Positions 57,720 to 62,375 of a DNA stretch of 62,375 bases are shown here, piece after piece. Under the pieces are notes generated by a model. That model did no database searches. It was not told the DNA's origin and saw only the letters and a list, made by a program, of their open reading frames with translations. Source of the stretch: an uncultured Verrucomicrobiota bacterium (lineage in GTDB: Bacteria; Verrucomicrobiota; Verrucomicrobiia; Chthoniobacterales; SZAS-18). A program made the position numbers and the translations under genes. Position 1 is the first letter of the stretch. Each line of letters opens with the position of its first letter. The DNA is taken from assembly GCA_964658285.1 (NCBI GenBank), contig CAZZYS010000002.1:1-62375 (forward strand), written 5' to 3'.

Positions 57720-57976
57720 AACCTTCTCGCCGTCCCTGGCATGGGATGGTTTCGGTAACTTGTCGGCCGCCTCGTGGCGGCTGACCCGGGCAGACGCTCA
57801 ATCCCGCCCGGTGACCGACTTCTCCCGGCACCGCCGTTGCCCCGGGAACATGCCTGCCGGCTCCCGTCGCGTGCGCCCGACGCCACACGGGGAACCGCCG
57901 TAGTCCACCCGCTCCTCCCTTTTCCGAGGGGAGGGGCATCCGTTCGGACCCGTCTGCTCTACCCAAATCGACTAAC

Positions 57977-58969
57977 ATGCACTTTTTCCCTTTCCGTTTC
58001 GCGACTAACCTCCGGCCCGCGAGCACGCTCCTGGCGCTCCTGGCTGGTCTGGCCTCCATGCCACACGCTGCCCACGCCCACGGCTTTGCCGGCGCGCGCT
58101 TTTTCCCCGCCACGCTCACGACCGACGATCCCTTCGTCGCGGATGAACTGTCCCTGCCCACATTTCAAACCTTTCACACCCCGGACCGCGGCGGCACGCG
58201 TGAGTTCGACGTGTCCATCGATCTCGCCAAGACGATCACGCCCTATTGGGACATCGAAATCGGCCTCGGCGAGGTGAATCTCTTCCCGCACGCCGGACAC
58301 CGCCGGACGGGTTTTGGCAACCTGACGCTCGGCAGCAAGTTCCAGTTCTACGTCAACGCACCGCACGAGACGATCCTCTCCCTGGGGATCGACATCGACG
58401 TGGGCGGCACCGGCAGCCGCCAGGTGGGACGCGATCCGTTTTCCACCTTTTCGCCGGGTTTGTTTTTCGGCAAGGGTTTCGGAGATTTGCCGGATCGTGT
58501 GGCGCTGCTGCGGCCCTTCGCGTTGACCGGCAACGTCAGCGTGGACATCCCCACGAGCGCCGGCACGCGCACCCCGGGCGACGGGGAAGTGGACCGCAAC
58601 CCCGTGAACCTGGAAACCAATTTCGCGCTGGAATACAGCCTCATCTACCTGCAAGACCAGGTCAGAAACATCGGACTCAAAGCGCCCTTCAACCGGCTCG
58701 TCCCGCTGGTGGAGGCGGTTGTGACCACGCCGCTCAACCGTGGCCAGGCCGGGCGGACCACGGCCACGGTCAACCCCGGCGTGATCTGGTCGGGCAGCCG
58801 CTGCCAGTTCGGGGTGGAGGCGCTGGTTCCCGTCAACGCGCGCAGCGGCAGCCGGGTGGGGGTGCTCGCGCAGTTCCACATTTATTTGGACGACCTGCTG
58901 CCGGGCATTTTTCATCCGATTTTCGGCGGCCCAGGCCGCAACGACAACACCAACTACCACGGCAAATGA
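57977..58969 (+). CDS. outer-membrane beta-barrel protein, putative copper/metal uptake
   Basis: Signal peptide ending AHA|HG, RFFPATL..DDP, GFGNL.LG.K, GKGFGDLP; coupled to copC. Confidence 0.7.
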   Translation: MHFFPFRFATNLRPASTLLALLAGLASMPHAAHAHGFAGARFFPATLTTDDPFVADELSLPTFQTFHTPDRGGTREFDVSIDLAKTITPYWDIEIGLGEVNLFPHAGHRRTGFGNLTLGSKFQFYVNAPHETILSLGIDIDVGGTGSRQVGRDPFSTFSPGLFFGKGFGDLPDRVALLRPFALTGNVSVDIPTSAGTRTPGDGEVDRNPVNLETNFALEYSLIYLQDQVRNIGLKAPFNRLVPLVEAVVTTPLNRGQAGRTTATVNPGVIWSGSRCQFGVEALVPVNARSGSRVGVLAQFHIYLDDLLPGIFHPIFGGPGRNDNTNYHGK

Positions 58970-59358
58970 ACATGACGACTTCTCGATCCTCGCAGTTTGG
59001 CAAACGGCTGGTGCTGGCTGCCCTGGCCAGTCTCGCCGCCATGAACCAGGCGTTGGCGCACGCCTTTCTCGATCACACCGACCCCGTGGTGGGTGGCACG
59101 GTCAAGCCAGCGCCCGGCGAGGTGCGGCTATGGTACACGCAAGGGTTGGAACCGGCTTTCAGCCGCGTCCAGGTGTTCGACGCGGCGGGCAAGGAGGTGG
59201 ACAAAAAGGACGTTCACCTGGACCCGAAGAATAATCATCTGCTGATCGTCTCCCTGCCGCCGGGTTTGGGGACGGGCAAATACAAGGTGGTCTGGCGGGT
59301 GGTAAGCGTGGACACCCATCCCACGGAGGGCAGCTTTACTTTCGTGGTGGCACCCTGA
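58966..59358 (+). CDS. copC: copper-binding protein CopC
   Basis: Signal peptide, mature N-terminal HAFL, Y.V.WRVVSVDTH..EG.F.F. Confidence 0.92.
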   Translation: MNMTTSRSSQFGKRLVLAALASLAAMNQALAHAFLDHTDPVVGGTVKPAPGEVRLWYTQGLEPAFSRVQVFDAAGKEVDKKDVHLDPKNNHLLIVSLPPGLGTGKYKVVWRVVSVDTHPTEGSFTFVVAP

Positions 59359-59366
59359 AGCGCGAC

Positions 59367-60332
59367 ATGGACGACATGCCGTTCCTGTGGGCGCTCTGGC
59401 TTTGCCGGTTCGTCCAGACGAGCGCCGCCGTGCTGCTGGTGGGCACGGCGGTGGTGCGGCTGCTCGCCTCTGGCACGGGCCTCGACCCGGCGGTGGCCGG
59501 GTGGCGCGCGTTGACGTGGGCGAGCGGGGCATCCCTGCTCGTGGCGGGTGCGGTGCAACTCGGTCTGACGGCGGCGGAAATGAGCGGGGAGCCGCTGACG
59601 CAGATTTTCTCGCACGGCTCGCTTCGCGCGGTGCTCGGGGGCACTCGTTTCGGCGCGGTCTGGACCGTGCGGATGGGTCTGGCCGCCGGGTGGCTCGTTC
59701 TCGCCCTGGCGGCTGACTGGCTGCGTCGGTCCGGTCGGCGGCGGTTGCCCGCCGCGCTGGAAGCGGCCGGGGCGCTGCTGGCAGTCACGGTGTTGGGCAG
59801 CCTGGTCTTCGCCGGGCACGCGCAGGCCTCGGAGAAAAGCGCGTGGCTGCTGCCGGTGGCGGTCGGCCATGCCGTCGCGGCGGGCGTGTGGCCAGGCGGC
59901 TTGCTGCCGCTGCTGCGTCTGCTCGGACAGGCGCGACGCCGCCCGTCCCTGGTCCCGGCGGCAGTGGTCGTCGCCCGGCGTTTCTCGCGCCTGAGCGTGG
60001 TGGCGGTCGGCGTGCTGGCGTTGGGCGGCGTGCTCAACGGCATCGGGATGGTCGGCACGCTGACCGCGCTCTGGACAAGTCCCTACGGGCGGCTCGTGCT
60101 TTGCAAGGTGGCGTTGTTCGCGTTGATGATCGGCCTGGGCGCGGTTAACCGACGGCTGGTGCGATGGCAAGGATCAGCGGACCCCGCGCGGACCGTCCGC
60201 CGTCTGTGGCGCAACGTGGCCGTGGAATGCGCGTTGGCCGTGGGCGTGCTGCTGGCCACGGAAGCCCTCGGCACCGGCGCACCGCCGCTGCCCGCTGCTT
60301 TCCAGGTGAGGGCGCTCAAAAATACATCGTGA
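59367..60332 (+). CDS. copD: copper transport membrane protein CopD
   Basis: TRFG..W..R, AGHA, H..AAG.W.GGL, RFS, YG.L...K, GAVNR. Confidence 0.9.
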   Translation: MDDMPFLWALWLCRFVQTSAAVLLVGTAVVRLLASGTGLDPAVAGWRALTWASGASLLVAGAVQLGLTAAEMSGEPLTQIFSHGSLRAVLGGTRFGAVWTVRMGLAAGWLVLALAADWLRRSGRRRLPAALEAAGALLAVTVLGSLVFAGHAQASEKSAWLLPVAVGHAVAAGVWPGGLLPLLRLLGQARRRPSLVPAAVVVARRFSRLSVVAVGVLALGGVLNGIGMVGTLTALWTSPYGRLVLCKVALFALMIGLGAVNRRLVRWQGSADPARTVRRLWRNVAVECALAVGVLLATEALGTGAPPLPAAFQVRALKNTS

Positions 60333-60444
60333 CGCCGCCGCGAAGTTCGCGCGGTTCGCTCCGGTGCCGTGTGGCGGTCGGCGACGCCTGCCGCCGGTTC
60401 GCACGGCAAGCGGGAAACATAGTAGCAGTCGAGATCGGAGTCCT

Positions 60445-60612
60445 GTGAATCGAGCGCTCTTGCGCCAGCACCTGCCCAAGGGCACGAGCCTGGCGTCACT
60501 CATTCAAGGCCGGTGCGACGCCGTTGCCGAAACGCTCAACAACAGACCAAGAAAAAGACGTGCCCATCAAACGCCAAAAACATGCTCCAGTGTCGCACTG
60601 CAAAATTGATGC
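60445..60612 (+). pseudogene. IS30-family transposase 3' remnant
   Basis: LLRQHLPKGTSL...LNNRPRKR...TP...VALQN matches the IS30 C-terminus; the rest is missing. Confidence 0.8.
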
Positions 60613-60620
60613 TGAGCGTG

Positions 60621-60878
60621 CTACGTGGGAAAGGCGAGCAGATAGACCCCACCGGCGAGAAGACCGAGGATGATGAAGAAGCGCAACGGGCCGGAAACCT
60701 CCTGCTCTTCGGAGTCTGCGCTGAACCAACGAGTGATGTTCCAGCGGCTGTAGGTGGACATGCGTCCGCCGCAAACCATCACCACGCCCAGAATGAGTAA
60801 TAGAGCACCCACCTGATGGTGGTTGGGGTGCTTGCAAGGCTGAAAGAGGTCGTCGGGTAGATGCAAGTCAAGGTGCAT
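60621..60878 (-). CDS. small two-TM hypothetical protein
   Basis: 85 aa with two hydrophobic helices. Confidence 0.55.
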   Translation of the reverse strand: MHLDLHLPDDLFQPCKHPNHHQVGALLLILGVVMVCGGRMSTYSRWNITRWFSADSEEQEVSGPLRFFIILGLLAGGVYLLAFPT

Positions 60879-61003
60879 GAAAGAAAACTTGCCCGACTGT
60901 AGGAGCAGCCTGCGCGCCTGACGAACTCAAGCTCGGCGACAGGCCACGGCGACGCAACACACAGGAGAAAGGGACAGGCCTTTTTCGCCTCCCACCTTGG
61001 CTT

Positions 61004-61480
61004 TCAGCTCTCGACGGTGAGCGGAAAGGCCGGACAGAGAGCAGACTTTTCCAACGGCCCGTTTACGTCGAAAAAAAGCATCTTGCCGGACTGCCGGCGA
61101 ATCCAGACTTCCCGTGCGCCGGCTTTGAAATAGAGGTCTTTCTTTTCCATCAATTCGCCCATCGAGTTACTCGGAGATTTGACTTCGACACAAATTTCTG
61201 GCGCGCATTGGAAACTCGACCGCCCTTTGTTTGCCTTCAGAAAAGCGGGTGACATCCAGGTAGCATCGGCGACCTTGTTGCCGTCCTCGGTATCGATCAC
61301 TGTTTCCTGCAAAGCCCGGCCGCCTCTCATCTTCTTGAACAACAGATTGTAGATGGACGCTTTCGCAAAGCTGCGGCCATTGTGCCGTGGACTCATGACG
61401 ACCTGCCCCCAACGGTTGGTCTCGATCCGGAAGGGCAAATCCCGCAAGTAGCGGCTGGCGCAAACCTGATCCCAAGTCAT
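61004..61480 (-). CDS. Uma2 (DUF820) family endonuclease-fold protein
   Basis: ATG 61480; VMSP, VADATW, APEICVEVKSPSN, K...YF.AGAREVW. Confidence 0.9.
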   Translation of the reverse strand: MTWDQVCASRYLRDLPFRIETNRWGQVVMSPRHNGRSFAKASIYNLLFKKMRGGRALQETVIDTEDGNKVADATWMSPAFLKANKGRSSFQCAPEICVEVKSPSNSMGELMEKKDLYFKAGAREVWIRRQSGKMLFFDVNGPLEKSALCPAFPLTVES

Positions 61481-61542
61481 CCGGAGCAACACGCCGAAGT
61501 CGAGCGCGAGGAAGCAACCCAATCCAGAAAGAGCCGTCGAAG

Positions 61543-62375
61543 CTATTCCGTGATGATGTCCTTGTACGTGCCGCCCGCCGGGATCATCGGCAGGACGTGC
61601 TCGGTGTAGGGCGTCATCACGTCGAGCACGTAGACTTCCTCGGACGCCAGCATCCGCTCCATCGCCGCGCGCAGGTCTTCCTTGCGTGTAACGCGTTCGC
61701 ACTTCACGCCGAAGCCCTCGCAAATCTTCACGTAATCAGGATAGATCACCCCCGGCTGCTTGGGATCGGAGAGCACCGTGTGGCCGCGGTTGCTCTTGTA
61801 GAAACGGTCTTCCCACTGCACGACCATGCCGAGGTGCTGGTTGTTGAGGATGATCGCCTTCGCCGCAATGCCTTCGACCTTCGCGCAAGCGAGTTCCTGC
61901 ACGTTCATCAAAAACGACCCGTCGCCGTCGATGTCCACCACCTGCCGCTCGGGACACGCCACCTTCGCCCCCATCGCCGACGGGAAGCCGAACCCCATCG
62001 CACCCAAGCCCGCCGACGTGATGAAGCTGCGCGGCCGGATGAAATCGCAAAACTGCCCCGCCCACATCTGGTGCTGGCCGACACCGGTGGTCACGATGGC
62101 CTCGCCCTTGGTCAGTTCGTTGAGGAGCTGGATGGCGTACTGCGGCTGGATCAGGTCGCCCGTGTCCTTGAAGCTCAAGGGGTACTTCGCCTTCCACTCC
62201 TGGATCGCGGCGTACCACTCGGGGTAACGCCCGTGCTGGCCGCTCTGCACGCGTTCCCAGCCGGCCTGGGCGAGCAGTTCGTTCAGACGGCGGAGCGCCA
62301 CCTTCACGTCGGCGATGATCGGCAGGCGCACGACCTTGTTCTTGTTGATCTCGCTGGCGTCGATGTCGATGTGGA
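61543..62375 (-). CDS. ilvB: acetolactate synthase large subunit (partial, 5' end outside the window)
   Basis: HIDID, GVGQHQMW, GLGAMGFG, GDGSF.MN, NNQHLGMVVQW, HVLPMIP. Confidence 0.95.
   Translation of the reverse strand, partial: HIDIDASEINKNKVVRLPIIADVKVALRRLNELLAQAGWERVQSGQHGRYPEWYAAIQEWKAKYPLSFKDTGDLIQPQYAIQLLNELTKGEAIVTTGVGQHQMWAGQFCDFIRPRSFITSAGLGAMGFGFPSAMGAKVACPERQVVDIDGDGSFLMNVQELACAKVEGIAAKAIILNNQHLGMVVQWEDRFYKSNRGHTVLSDPKQPGVIYPDYVKICEGFGVKCERVTRKEDLRAAMERMLASEEVYVLDVMTPYTEHVLPMIPAGGTYKDIITE

Overview
High-GC bacterial window, most likely Verrucomicrobia (inferred from the FATTxW-type ECF/STK pair, a Verrucomicrobia-style C-terminal domain on a secreted protein and pyrimidine-rich, SD-poor leaders). 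Positions 1 to about 26500 are a composite genomic island integrated into the anticodon loop of tRNA-Ala(CGC). Only the 38-nt 5' half of the tRNA remains (26494-26531, minus strand) and the element does not appear to rebuild the gene. Three copies of a 125-170 bp att-arm repeat (14391, 15420, 26334) and an internal attP-like junction (15420-15696) split the island into tandem modules. Module (i) is a defence block: excisionase-like HTH, type I R-M hsdR-hsdS-prrC-hsdM, an EACC1-like/HExxH-peptidase pair and a decayed TIR. Module (ii) is a 1-kb single-gene cassette for a Cys-His-Asp transglutaminase-like protein. Module (iii) is an integrase-less 10.9-kb module with two XRE HTH genes, IS1, a stand-alone S24 peptidase, an ECF sigma factor, a Ser/Thr kinase-TPR protein, an FAD monooxygenase and a minimal RiPP pair (NHLP-type precursor ending ...PLCTIILW plus a cyclase-less LanM-type dehydratase). 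The right part is chromosomal: GH51, lipase, a secreted glycan-active protein, LOG-family protein, an orphan kdpA with altered selectivity-filter motifs, a Na+/H+ antiporter, a sigma54-type two-component system with porin-kdpFABC and a split KdpD, a Zur-like regulon (TonB receptor, znuABC), a DUF2946-copC-copD locus, two REPIN-like inverted repeats, an IS30 remnant, Uma2 and partial ilvB. All family assignments are by motif recognition, not database search.
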